Part shown: positions 38,291-47,353 of the stretch, one piece after another
Layout: each line of letters starts with the position of its first letter
Position numbering within the stretch: the first letter of the stretch is position 1
Source of the DNA: Acetofilamentum sp.
GTDB taxonomy: Bacteria > Bacteroidota > Bacteroidia > Bacteroidales > DYOH01
Assembly (NCBI GenBank): GCA_020720625.1
Contig: DYOH01000008.1
Span: forward strand, 11,517-75,516
Length of the DNA: 64,000 bases
Direction of reading: 5' to 3'
Notes under the pieces: model-generated
Databases searched by the model: none
What the model saw: the letters and a program-made list of their open reading frames with translations, nothing else
Told to the model about the DNA's origin: nothing
Position numbers and translations under genes: made by a program

Positions 38291-39217
38291 TTAATTAATA
38301 AAATAGAAATTCTCACTTAAATAATTTTGAATCGACTGTAAATCTGTTATTGATTGTTGATGAAAGTAGCAATGCTTAATCATTGTTTTTTCGGAGAACC
38401 GGGTATTCAAAAACTGTAATTCTTCGTAGAATGATGCTTTTTCTATACTTAGTTCGCCTAAAAATTCGGCATCGTCGAGTTTTAAGTGGTCGTGAAATAC
38501 CGAAAAACTAAAATCGGTCTTTTGTTCAAACTTACTATACTTAAAATCGATAAAGTCGATGTAGCGCGAAGAGCTAAAGTCGGCATAAGCTTTAAATTTT
38601 GCGGCACCAATTAAGGTTTTTCCCTGAACAAAGCTATTTTTTAGGCTAAATTCTTTGTAAAATTCCGAACGCATGAAATTAATATTTCCGAGCACGTGCA
38701 GCTGACTGAACATTGCTTTACTTTGGAACGTAACTTCCATGAAATAATTGTTTGCCGAGCGGAAACTTGCTCCTTGAAAAAAGCATTCTTTTGCAAAGCT
38801 AGATTGATTTGTATTGATTATACCATTTATAACGGCTTGGTCAAAATTTACTTCATCATTAAATTTGCAGTTGATAAAGCTTACTCCTTTGCTAAAGAAA
38901 CTTAGAGTAGAAGTGTTTTCTGATTTTGAAAATGCAATTACTTTTTCCTCAAAAATGCAATTGATAAAACTTAGCGGAACATCAATATAAGCTCTTTGGA
39001 TACCAGGAATTTCTTCTATTTGGTTTTTTACAGAAGTAAAGTCAAGAACACCTTTAATAGTTGCGTCTTTTATTTCGATAAATTTACCTTTATTTATGGC
39101 TTCAATTATTTGCTCCGATTTAATAATGGACGCTTTTAACTCACTGTTATTGTTGCAATTAAATGACAATATGGACAGGAAAATAAGAATACTGCTTTGT
39201 ATTTTATTCATTTTCAT
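38291..39217 (-). CDS. Pentapeptide-repeat-like lipoprotein
   Basis: The start is chosen at MKMNKIQSSILIFLSILSFNC, which carries the lipobox; the track ORF starts at 39253. The C-terminal two thirds has a 5-residue periodicity with F/L at the centre (FSQLH.LGNINFMRSEFYKEFSLKNSF...). Confidence 0.65.
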   Translation of the reverse strand: MKMNKIQSSILIFLSILSFNCNNNSELKASIIKSEQIIEAINKGKFIEIKDATIKGVLDFTSVKNQIEEIPGIQRAYIDVPLSFINCIFEEKVIAFSKSENTSTLSFFSKGVSFINCKFNDEVNFDQAVINGIINTNQSSFAKECFFQGASFRSANNYFMEVTFQSKAMFSQLHVLGNINFMRSEFYKEFSLKNSFVQGKTLIGAAKFKAYADFSSSRYIDFIDFKYSKFEQKTDFSFSVFHDHLKLDDAEFLGELSIEKASFYEELQFLNTRFSEKTMIKHCYFHQQSITDLQSIQNYLSENFYFIN

Positions 39218-39323
39218 TTGTTTTATTGATGTAAATAATATTTGGAACATCAAATTTACTACAATTTACTAAATAAAACGCAAAATCATTGGGTTTGTAG
39301 CAAAAAAAGAATAAAAAAAAATA

Positions 39324-39353
39324 TTGAATAATAAGGAATTAATTATAACTTTG
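39324..39353 (+). promoter_or_regulatory. Bacteroidota sigma-A type promoter of rpsA
   Basis: TTG (39324-39326), a 19-nt spacer, then TAACTTTG (39346-39353), 57 nt upstream of the ATG. Confidence 0.55.
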
Positions 39354-39409
39354 CCCCGTTATAATCTAAAAATAATGTCTAACTTATTAATTTAAAGACA
39401 ATTACTTAA

Positions 39410-41269
39410 ATGAATGAAGAAATTTTTGAAAATCAGCCAATGAACGAAACTCCTGCTCAGGAAGAAGTTCAAAAAAAAGAAACAGCAAACGTGGTAGAAA
39501 TCGATTGGGATGCTTTAGAGCGCGAAGATGGCCACAACAAAAAAGCCGACGACAAATTGGCCGCTATTTATGATCAAACGCTTAAAACTGTAAGCGAACT
39601 AGAAGTTGTAGACGGAACAGTTATTGCCCTTTCTGATAGAGATGTTGTAATTAACATCGGTGGAAAATCAGAAGGTGTAGTTAGCTTAAACGAATTTCGT
39701 TATAACCCCGAGTTAAAAACCGGCGATATTGTAGAAGTTTATGTAGAAAGTCTGGAAGACAAAACAGGACAATTACTATTATCGCATAAAAAGGCACGTG
39801 CATTAAAGTCATGGGATAGAGTTAATGCTGCCCTCGATGGTGATGAAATTATCAAAGGTTTCGTTAAATGCCGCACTAAAGGTGGTATGATTGTAGATGT
39901 ATTTGGCATCGAAGCTTTCTTACCCGGCTCTCAAATTGATGTGAAACCTATTCGCGATTACGATGTATATGTTGGTAAAACCATGGAATTTAAAGTGGTT
40001 AAAATAAACAACGAATACAAAAACGTGGTTGTTTCGCATAAAGCCCTTATCGAAGAAGAACTTGAGCAACAGAAAAAAGATATTATCTCCAAATTAGAAA
40101 AAGGACAGATTTTGGAAGGAACCGTTAAAAACATCACTTCTTATGGAGTTTTCGTAGATTTAGGTGGAGTTGATGGTTTAATTCATATTACCGATCTTTC
40201 TTGGGGACGTGTTAATCATCCGGAAGAAATTGTTCAACTTGATCAAAAAATCAATGTGGCTATTTTGGATTTTGATGATGAGAAAAAACGTATTGCATTA
40301 GGATTGAAACAATTAACTAAACATCCTTGGGAATCGCTCAGCGAAACCATTAAAGAAGGCGATACCGTAAAAGGTAAAGTAGTGGTTTTAGCCGATTATG
40401 GCGCATTTGTTGAAATTGCACCTGGTGTTGAAGGCCTGATTCACGTTTCGGAAATGTCGTGGTCGCAACATTTAAGAAGCGCTCAGGAGTTTATGAAAGT
40501 GGGCGACGAAGTAGAAGGAGTTATCTTAACTCTTGATCGTGAAGAACGTAAAATGTCTTTAGGAATCAAACAATTACGTATTGATCCTTGGCAAAATATC
40601 GAAGAAAAATATGCCAAAGAATCTAAACACAAGGCAATTGTAAGAAACTTTACAAATTTTGGCGTATTTGTTGAAATTGAAGAAGGTGTAGACGGATTAA
40701 TACACATTTCTGACCTTTCCTGGACTAAAAAAATCAAACATCCGAGCGAATTTACCAAAATTGGCGACGAAATAGAAGTGGTTGTTTTAGATATAGATAA
40801 AGAAAACCGTAGATTGAGCCTCGGACACAAACAAATGGAAGAAAATCCATGGGATGTATACGAAACCATGTTTACAGTTGGTAGCGAACAAGAAGGTACA
40901 ATTATAAACATCAACGAAAAAGGTGCTATTGTGATGCTGGATTACGGAGTAGAAGCTTTTGCTCCTAAAAAAGAACTCACCAAAGAAGACGGAAGCCTTG
41001 GAAAAGTTGAAGAGAAAATGGTTTTTGTTGTAGCCGATTTTAACAAATCTGCCAAAAAAATAATTCTTGCCCAACCTAAAGTTGTAGAAGAAGAGAGCGA
41101 AGAGCAAACTGGCGACGAAAGCAAAAAAGCAAAATCTTCTAAGAAGGTTCAAAAAAGAACTAAAATCTCTTTAGAAAAAACTACATTGGGAGATATTTCT
41201 GATTTAGCAGAACTGAAACAAAAATTAGAAGACGAAGAAAAAAATAGCGAAGAAGACGAAGAAGAATAA
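39410..41269 (+). CDS. rpsA: 30S ribosomal protein S1
   Basis: 619 aa with six tandem S1 (OB-fold) repeats (G.V......G..V.....EG..H.SE) and an acidic C-terminal tail. Confidence 0.93.
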   Translation: MNEEIFENQPMNETPAQEEVQKKETANVVEIDWDALEREDGHNKKADDKLAAIYDQTLKTVSELEVVDGTVIALSDRDVVINIGGKSEGVVSLNEFRYNPELKTGDIVEVYVESLEDKTGQLLLSHKKARALKSWDRVNAALDGDEIIKGFVKCRTKGGMIVDVFGIEAFLPGSQIDVKPIRDYDVYVGKTMEFKVVKINNEYKNVVVSHKALIEEELEQQKKDIISKLEKGQILEGTVKNITSYGVFVDLGGVDGLIHITDLSWGRVNHPEEIVQLDQKINVAILDFDDEKKRIALGLKQLTKHPWESLSETIKEGDTVKGKVVVLADYGAFVEIAPGVEGLIHVSEMSWSQHLRSAQEFMKVGDEVEGVILTLDREERKMSLGIKQLRIDPWQNIEEKYAKESKHKAIVRNFTNFGVFVEIEEGVDGLIHISDLSWTKKIKHPSEFTKIGDEIEVVVLDIDKENRRLSLGHKQMEENPWDVYETMFTVGSEQEGTIININEKGAIVMLDYGVEAFAPKKELTKEDGSLGKVEEKMVFVVADFNKSAKKIILAQPKVVEEESEEQTGDESKKAKSSKKVQKRTKISLEKTTLGDISDLAELKQKLEDEEKNSEEDEEE

Positions 41270-41285
41270 TCGTTAAAATTGTATT

Positions 41286-41319
41286 AAAAAAAAGCAGCAA
41301 TAAAATGCTGCTTTTTTTT
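41286..41319 (+). terminator. Intrinsic terminator after rpsA
   Basis: A8, then stem AAGCAGCA/TGCTGCTT with loop ATAAAA, followed by T8. Confidence 0.8.
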
Positions 41320-41392
41320 GTGCATAAATAGTTGATTTTCTCAATAAAGTTTGATAAATTTGGATACTATTTTCCATTAAAAATATCATGAT

Positions 41393-41761
41393 ATGGATTT
41401 TAAAACAGAAAAAAGAGACAACTATGCATTAATCAATGTTTTAGCAGACAAACTGGATACTCATATTGCTCCCGCTTTAAAATCGGAGTTGGTGGTGATT
41501 GCAGGAAACAAAGAAAAAAACATTATCCTCGACCTCAAAAATTGCAAATATTGCGATTCTTCTGGTTTGAGCGCTATTTTAGTGGCCAACAGATTGTCGA
41601 AAAATGCTCAGGGCACTTTTGTTTTATGCGGTTTGCAAACTGCCGTTGAAAGGTTAATCTCTATTTCTCAGTTAGATACTGTCTTAAACATTGCAGATAC
41701 CGAACAAGATGCCATTGAGCTTTTGCATCGCGAAGAAGCTAAGAAGCAGCACGAAAACTAA
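41393..41761 (+). CDS. STAS-domain protein (anti-sigma-factor antagonist type)
   Basis: 122 aa with a SpoIIAA-like pattern and a phosphorylatable-serine context, CDSSGLSAIL. Confidence 0.8.
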   Translation: MDFKTEKRDNYALINVLADKLDTHIAPALKSELVVIAGNKEKNIILDLKNCKYCDSSGLSAILVANRLSKNAQGTFVLCGLQTAVERLISISQLDTVLNIADTEQDAIELLHREEAKKQHEN

Positions 41762-41767
41762 TTTTTC

Positions 41768-42682
41768 ATGACTTTTGAACTTACTGTTTTAGGTACAAGC
41801 TCTGCTGTTCCTACATCAGTCAGATTTCCTTCTGCTCATGTGCTTAATGCTTATGAGCAATTTTTTTTAATCGACTGTGGAGAAGGTACGCAAATACAGC
41901 TGCGAAAATTTAAAATTAAATTTTCGCGTATTAACCATATCTTTATTTCTCATTTGCATGGCGACCATTATCTCGGGCTATATGGTCTGCTTTCTAGTTT
42001 TAGCTTGCAAAACAGAACAGAGGCTTTGCATATTTACGGACCTGCAGATCTTAAAAAATTGGTTCGCTCCCAATTAAAATATCTTGATATAGGCTATCCC
42101 ATTTTCTTTCATTTTCTTAATTTTGAAAAGAAAACGTTGATTCTTTCTACAAAAAATTTGATGGTATATTCTTTTCCTTTAATGCATAGTATACCAACTT
42201 GTGGTTTTTTGTTCGAAGAGCAAAAAAAAGAGCGAAATGTTCTTAAGCATAAAATTGTGGAGTATGATTTGGGTCTGAGAGAAATAGTGCAGCTTAAAGC
42301 CGGAAATGACGTTATTAGAGAAGATGGCACAATATTAAAATGTAAGGAGATTACCGCTGAGCCAAATAAACCCCGGTCTTATGCATATTGCAGTGATACC
42401 ATGTATTTCGAGGATTTAGCCAAATACGTTCAAAATGTGGATATTCTTTATCATGAGTCTACTTTTATGGAATCTGACAGGCTACTGGCAAATCAAACAA
42501 TGCATAGTACTGCTGTTGATGCGGCTAAAACTGCCCTTAATGCAAAGGCATCTAAACTTTTAATTGGGCATTATTCCGGAAGGTACTTCGATTTGGATCC
42601 ACTCTTTAATGAAGCTAAATCATTGTTTCATAAAACTATACTGGGATTTGAAGGATTACAAATAAGTTTACCTTTCAAATAA
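41768..42682 (+). CDS. rnz: Ribonuclease Z
   Basis: 304 aa metallo-beta-lactamase with LGTSSAVPT, FLIDCGEGTQ and ISHLHGDH. Confidence 0.9.
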   Translation: MTFELTVLGTSSAVPTSVRFPSAHVLNAYEQFFLIDCGEGTQIQLRKFKIKFSRINHIFISHLHGDHYLGLYGLLSSFSLQNRTEALHIYGPADLKKLVRSQLKYLDIGYPIFFHFLNFEKKTLILSTKNLMVYSFPLMHSIPTCGFLFEEQKKERNVLKHKIVEYDLGLREIVQLKAGNDVIREDGTILKCKEITAEPNKPRSYAYCSDTMYFEDLAKYVQNVDILYHESTFMESDRLLANQTMHSTAVDAAKTALNAKASKLLIGHYSGRYFDLDPLFNEAKSLFHKTILGFEGLQISLPFK

Positions 42683-42856
42683 TTTTGGAGTACAAAGCTT
42701 ATTAAGTCTGCTCTTTTTTTTTTTTGCGTATTATTTGTTAAATTAGACTATCAATATGAAAAGGCACAATTTTTGGTTATGGTATTTTGTAAGCAAGCAG
42801 AAATTTGTTGCCAATAGAACGTTCTTAAATTGTAAAACTGATAAATAATTAGTTGA

Positions 42857-43897
42857 ATGAAAAATAAATTATTGAGTGTAATAGCCATATTATTGGTTTT
42901 CACTTTGGGCTTGAAGGCCCAGACCACCGAAATTCCGGGATATGTAAAATTTGCCGATAAATTTGGCGATGAAGACAAGCTTACCATGGAAAAAGTAAAT
43001 GCAGAAGTGGCCGACGCCGTTAATAGAATGAACAATGTGCTTAAAGAAGAGAAAGATTTGCAGAAATATTTTCAGAAGAAAAACACTTCGAAAGGCGAAA
43101 AAAAATCTGTTCCTCAGAAGCAAAAATGGATTGGAGCATACAACATTTATATTAATGGCTTAAATTCTGTTTACGACATGTATAATTCGTGGCTCAACAA
43201 TGCCACATACTACGACGATCAGGTTAGAGCACAAGTAGCAGATTTGGCATCAAAAGCCGAAGTAAACAGGGGTAAGGCTAACGATTTATTTGGAAATTAC
43301 CGCAAAAGCTCCGAAAGCGATTTAAAAAAGAATGTGAAATATACCAAAATGAAGGTAGATTTGAATCAAGCTGGAAAAATGTCGATGGATGCACTAAATT
43401 ATATGGTAGAGGCACTCGAAATTGTTTTCCGGCACGAAGAAATGATGAGTAAAGACGAATTAGCCTGGAAAAAAGCACTCGCCCAAGACGATTTTGATGC
43501 TTATGTAGCATATATCAAAGATTTTCCCCGCGGAAAACATGTCGAAGAAGCAAAAATAAAGATTAAGGAATACAAAGAAAGAATTGCTGCTGAGCGTTCG
43601 CTTAAAGAACAAGAAAATGTTGAATTAATATATAAGGTTCAAATTTTGGCTGTAAGTAAGCAGGCAAACGACAGAAAAAAGAAGAAATTATACTCAAACA
43701 CATCTCAGATTGAAGAGTTTAAAGATCCTTCCGACGGATTATACAAATACTATGTTGGTAAATTTTCTAAATACACCGAAGCTAAAGCATTTGAAAAGAA
43801 ACTTGGAATTGGTGATGCATTTGTAGTGGGTTACAAAAATGGTGTGCGTATTGATATATTACAGGCACAGGATCTCGAAAAGAAAGTAGCACAATAA
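42857..43897 (+). CDS. Secreted SPOR-domain protein
   Basis: 346 aa with a signal peptide and a coiled-coil middle. The C-terminal SPOR-like fold reads YKVQILAVS...LYKYYVGKFSKYTEAKAF..KL...DAFVVGYKNG. Confidence 0.7.
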   Translation: MKNKLLSVIAILLVFTLGLKAQTTEIPGYVKFADKFGDEDKLTMEKVNAEVADAVNRMNNVLKEEKDLQKYFQKKNTSKGEKKSVPQKQKWIGAYNIYINGLNSVYDMYNSWLNNATYYDDQVRAQVADLASKAEVNRGKANDLFGNYRKSSESDLKKNVKYTKMKVDLNQAGKMSMDALNYMVEALEIVFRHEEMMSKDELAWKKALAQDDFDAYVAYIKDFPRGKHVEEAKIKIKEYKERIAAERSLKEQENVELIYKVQILAVSKQANDRKKKKLYSNTSQIEEFKDPSDGLYKYYVGKFSKYTEAKAFEKKLGIGDAFVVGYKNGVRIDILQAQDLEKKVAQ

Positions 43898-43920
43898 AAT
43901 AATTATGGCATAATTTTTAA

Positions 43921-43957
43921 AAAACCCGCATAAACATATTTACGCGGGTTTTTTTAT
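43921..43957 (+). terminator. Intrinsic terminator after the SPOR protein gene
   Basis: AAAACCCGC, a 14-nt loop, then GCGGGTTTTTTT. Confidence 0.7.
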
Positions 43958-43986
43958 TGGGCATTTCTACTATTTGTTTACTTTTG
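43957..43986 (+). promoter_or_regulatory. Bacteroidota sigma-A type promoter of queE
   Basis: TTG (43957-43959), a 19-nt spacer, then TACTTTTG (43979-43986), 20 nt upstream of the ATG. Confidence 0.5.
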
Positions 43987-44005
43987 CAAACTTAATTTTT
44001 TTGTA

Positions 44006-44623
44006 ATGGATATTTTTGAAAATGGCACTAAACTGCCTTTGGTTGAAGAGTTTTATACTTTGCAGGGAGAAGGTTTTCATACAGGCAAAGCGGCCTATTT
44101 TATTCGAATTGGGGGCTGCGACATTGGCTGTAGATGGTGCGACACCAAAATCTCTTGGAACGCCGATATTCACCCTTTAGTTGATGTTGATAATCTGGTT
44201 AAAAAAATTGCACCTTTTCCCGCTAAAGCTGTTGTGGTAACCGGCGGTGAACCAACTACATACAATCTCGATTATTTATGCAGTAAATTATCTGATTGCG
44301 GTATTACAACTTTTCTTGAAACTTCCGGAGCTTTTCCATTAACTGGTGAATGGGATTGGATTTGTTTGTCGCCTAAAAGAAACCAGCCTCCACAACCCGA
44401 ATTTTTTGGCTTGGCCAACGAGCTAAAAGTAATTATTTTCGAAGACGAAGATTTTCAATGGGCCGAGCTTAATGCAAACCTGGTAAATAAAGATTGCAAA
44501 TTATATTTGCAGCCTGAATGGAGCCGACACAAAGAGCTTACTCCCAAAATTATCGAATACGTGATGCAAAATCCCAAATGGCAGATTTCCATTCAGGCGC
44601 ATAAGTTTATGAAAATACCTTAA
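44006..44623 (+). CDS. queE: 7-carboxy-7-deazaguanine synthase (radical SAM)
   Basis: 205 aa with TLQGEGFHTGKAAYFIRIGGCDIGCRWCDTK and VVVTGGEP. Confidence 0.9.
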   Translation: MDIFENGTKLPLVEEFYTLQGEGFHTGKAAYFIRIGGCDIGCRWCDTKISWNADIHPLVDVDNLVKKIAPFPAKAVVVTGGEPTTYNLDYLCSKLSDCGITTFLETSGAFPLTGEWDWICLSPKRNQPPQPEFFGLANELKVIIFEDEDFQWAELNANLVNKDCKLYLQPEWSRHKELTPKIIEYVMQNPKWQISIQAHKFMKIP

Positions 44624-45140
44624 TGCTCTGTAAATAAGCCGATACGTAATCAATAGCTACTTTTTCACGTTTTTCAATACTCCCAGACACTGTAAAGAAA
44701 GATATGGTGTTGCTTAAAAGCGTTTGTCTATATTTTTCGTGAAGCTCCAATCGCATATCACCATCGTTTTGACGAACTCCATCGGCAATCCATGGAATAT
44801 CCGGTTCGCAAAGAAGAAAACAGTTTTCTTTATATTGATTTATTTCAAAATCCATCCACATGGGATATTTGTGGAAACTATGCAAGAACCAGTGTTTGGT
44901 ATTGATTAACGAAACATCAATAAACATTACTCCTTTATAATCAGCTGCATGCAGTTTCTCTAGGGAAACCTGCATTTCAGCGATGGTTTCTATATCGCTA
45001 TAATTTATTTTTCCCCAATGTTGTTGCAAATAGATTCTTCCGTATTCCGGCAGAAAGCGCCCACCGAAATAGTGTGCCAAATGTTCTGCTAATGTTGATT
45101 TTCCGGTTGATTCGGCTCCTTCGATATATATTTTTATCAC
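44607..45140 (-). CDS. NadR-type ATPase, ribosylnicotinamide kinase domain only
   Basis: 177 aa with the P-loop IEGAESTGKSTLAEHLA. It lies immediately downstream of pnuC. Its 3-prime end overlaps the 3-prime end of queE by 17 nt, in convergent orientation. Confidence 0.75.
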   Translation of the reverse strand: MIKIYIEGAESTGKSTLAEHLAHYFGGRFLPEYGRIYLQQHWGKINYSDIETIAEMQVSLEKLHAADYKGVMFIDVSLINTKHWFLHSFHKYPMWMDFEINQYKENCFLLCEPDIPWIADGVRQNDGDMRLELHEKYRQTLLSNTISFFTVSGSIEKREKVAIDYVSAYLQSIKVFS

Positions 45141-45156
45141 TTTTGGTAAATTTTGA

Positions 45157-45750
45157 TTAAACTGCTTCTGCTATAAGCGATTTTTTCCATTGGGCATATC
45201 CTGCAAAAGCCAGAATGGTATAGGCAATAAACAAAATGGCTGTAAAATAGAGTTCTTTGTTTAAATAGAGTATAATGGAAATAAAATCGGCTATAATCCA
45301 GAAAATCCAATTTTCAATTATTTTTTTTGCCAACATCCAAGTGGCTGTAATACTTATGGCAGTGGTAAGGGCATCCCAAAAGGGAATAGGAGAGTCTGTG
45401 AAATTTTTCAGAATAAAGGCGATAATCGCACAAAGCAGTATTGTAATATAAATGAGCTTTAATGTTGTTGCTCTTTGAATTTTATGAATTCTTAATTCAG
45501 AGGATTCAGCATTTTTCTGTTCATTTTTCTTCCAATAAAACCATCCGTAAATACTAATGCCGGCATAATAAAATTGCAAACCCATATCTGCGTAAAATTG
45601 GGCTTCATAATATACGTAAATATAAAGTAATGAACTGATTAGCCCAATAGGCCAAAGATAAATACTTGCTTTAATCGAAAGGTAAATGTAGATAAAACTG
45701 ATAAGACTTGCAGCAATTTCGAAGTCGTAAGCATGTAAAAATTCAATCAT
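45157..45750 (-). CDS. pnuC: Nicotinamide riboside transporter PnuC
   Basis: A multi-TM protein with a W-rich pattern (YGWFYW, WMLAKK..ENW.FWI..D). The start is taken at MIEFLH (ATG at 45750) and overlaps the S41 peptidase stop by 8 nt. The track ORF starts at 45807. Confidence 0.85.
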   Translation of the reverse strand: MIEFLHAYDFEIAASLISFIYIYLSIKASIYLWPIGLISSLLYIYVYYEAQFYADMGLQFYYAGISIYGWFYWKKNEQKNAESSELRIHKIQRATTLKLIYITILLCAIIAFILKNFTDSPIPFWDALTTAISITATWMLAKKIIENWIFWIIADFISIILYLNKELYFTAILFIAYTILAFAGYAQWKKSLIAEAV

Positions 45751-47332
45751 TAGAGTCGGAATAAAACGTAAAGTTTGAAAACTGCTCCACATTACTGAAT
45801 AGTTCAACTGCTTGATTTACAAATTTATCTTCCAAGTTCATGATTTGAATGTACATATTATTGTCGTACAAAAAATCGCCCAAATAGGCTTTTGCCGAGA
45901 GCAGAAAATACTTATTTTGATCAGTTTCAAGAGCAAAGTTGCCAATGTTTAGCGCATTTGTAAATCCAAGCTCATCTAAGTTTTCTTTGCTAAAGGAAAA
46001 ATTGCCTGAAAATTCGCTTTCGTTCATATTTTGCTGAATATTTGCATGATAAAGACCGAAATCTATCAGTTTTTTCATGAAATCTTCACTCGAAATAAGT
46101 TGCTGCTGCACCAAACTCAAAGTATTTGTATCTAGTGGAACAAAAAAATCGGGCATAACACCTTCGTAGCTATAAAGTGTTCTTTGCTTAATTTTGCTTT
46201 TGTATGGGAAACTGTCTGATGGGGTATTTTTTTCTGCCTGAAAAAGCTCGCCACTGGATATTCTTTTTTTGATATCACCGGAATATTGAGAATATCCCGA
46301 CGAAAAAGGTTTTTGAATCATACGGCCAGTTGGCAGATAATATCGGCCTATGGTAAGCCTGATAGCCGAACCGTCGTCTAAATTGAATGGTCTTTGCACA
46401 AGTGCCTTGCCATAAGTTCTGCGGCCAACAATAATGGCTCTGTCCCAATCCTGAAGTGCACCAGCCACAATTTCAGAGGCCGATGCGCTATATTCATTTA
46501 CAAGTAAAATTAAATTTCCCTCAATAAAATCACCTTTTCGTTCTTTAGGATAATAATAGTCGGTTTTGGTGTTTTGCCCGTAGGTATATACAACCAGGTT
46601 TTTTTTTGTCAGAAACTCGCCCGCAACATCAATGGCCGCAGTTAGTAAGCCACCACCATTATCGCGCAAATCCAGTATAACATTACAAGCGTTTCGATGT
46701 CGTGCATTTTTTATCTCACGATTTATTTCGCTACCTGTTGTGCTTGCAAAGCGTTGTAGCTTAATGTAATATGTACTGTCGTTAATGAAATAGGCCGATT
46801 CTACGCTTGCATAAGGTATTTTATCGCGGGTAATTTTAAACTGCATAAATTCTTTGCTTACAGGGCGATAAACAGATATAAAAACATTTGTTCCTTTTTC
46901 TCCACCCAGTAATTGATGCACTTTCTCCTGCACTACTTTTTTATTAGCTACCGGAGTACCATTAATAATGAGTATCCGATCACCTTTTTGCAACCCGCTT
47001 TGCTCTGCCGGGCTACCCGGCTGTACTTTAAAAACAGTAATTGTATCCTGTAAAATATAATATCTAATGCCAACACCAAAAAAATGTCCGTTCAAGCGAT
47101 TATTCATATCCATTATCTCTTCTTTTGGGAAATATGAAGAGTGGGGGTCGAGTTCGTGAAGCACACTGTTGAAAATTTTTTTCTCCAATGAGTCAAAATT
47201 GATGCTGTCCACATAATATTTTTCTATGAGATTGCTTATTTGCGCAAATTTGGCTACAATCGGATTTTGGGCCGCAGAAACTGAGGGCAATAGAAAAATA
47301 ATCAGATATATGATGTATTTTTTTGTTGGCAT
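45743..47332 (-). CDS. S41-family C-terminal processing peptidase
   Basis: 529 aa with a signal peptide and a PDZ region (GSPAEQSGLQKGDRILIING). Catalytic-domain motifs are LRDNGGGLL and SASASEI. Confidence 0.85.
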   Translation of the reverse strand: MPTKKYIIYLIIFLLPSVSAAQNPIVAKFAQISNLIEKYYVDSINFDSLEKKIFNSVLHELDPHSSYFPKEEIMDMNNRLNGHFFGVGIRYYILQDTITVFKVQPGSPAEQSGLQKGDRILIINGTPVANKKVVQEKVHQLLGGEKGTNVFISVYRPVSKEFMQFKITRDKIPYASVESAYFINDSTYYIKLQRFASTTGSEINREIKNARHRNACNVILDLRDNGGGLLTAAIDVAGEFLTKKNLVVYTYGQNTKTDYYYPKERKGDFIEGNLILLVNEYSASASEIVAGALQDWDRAIIVGRRTYGKALVQRPFNLDDGSAIRLTIGRYYLPTGRMIQKPFSSGYSQYSGDIKKRISSGELFQAEKNTPSDSFPYKSKIKQRTLYSYEGVMPDFFVPLDTNTLSLVQQQLISSEDFMKKLIDFGLYHANIQQNMNESEFSGNFSFSKENLDELGFTNALNIGNFALETDQNKYFLLSAKAYLGDFLYDNNMYIQIMNLEDKFVNQAVELFSNVEQFSNFTFYSDSND

Positions 47333-47353
47333 AAAGTTTTTATTATTAATGCA

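Noticed and set aside
45157-45807. An NAD+-sensing riboswitch (pnuC motif) in front of pnuC.
   Set aside because: There is no leader region. The pnuC start overlaps the stop of the upstream S41 peptidase gene.
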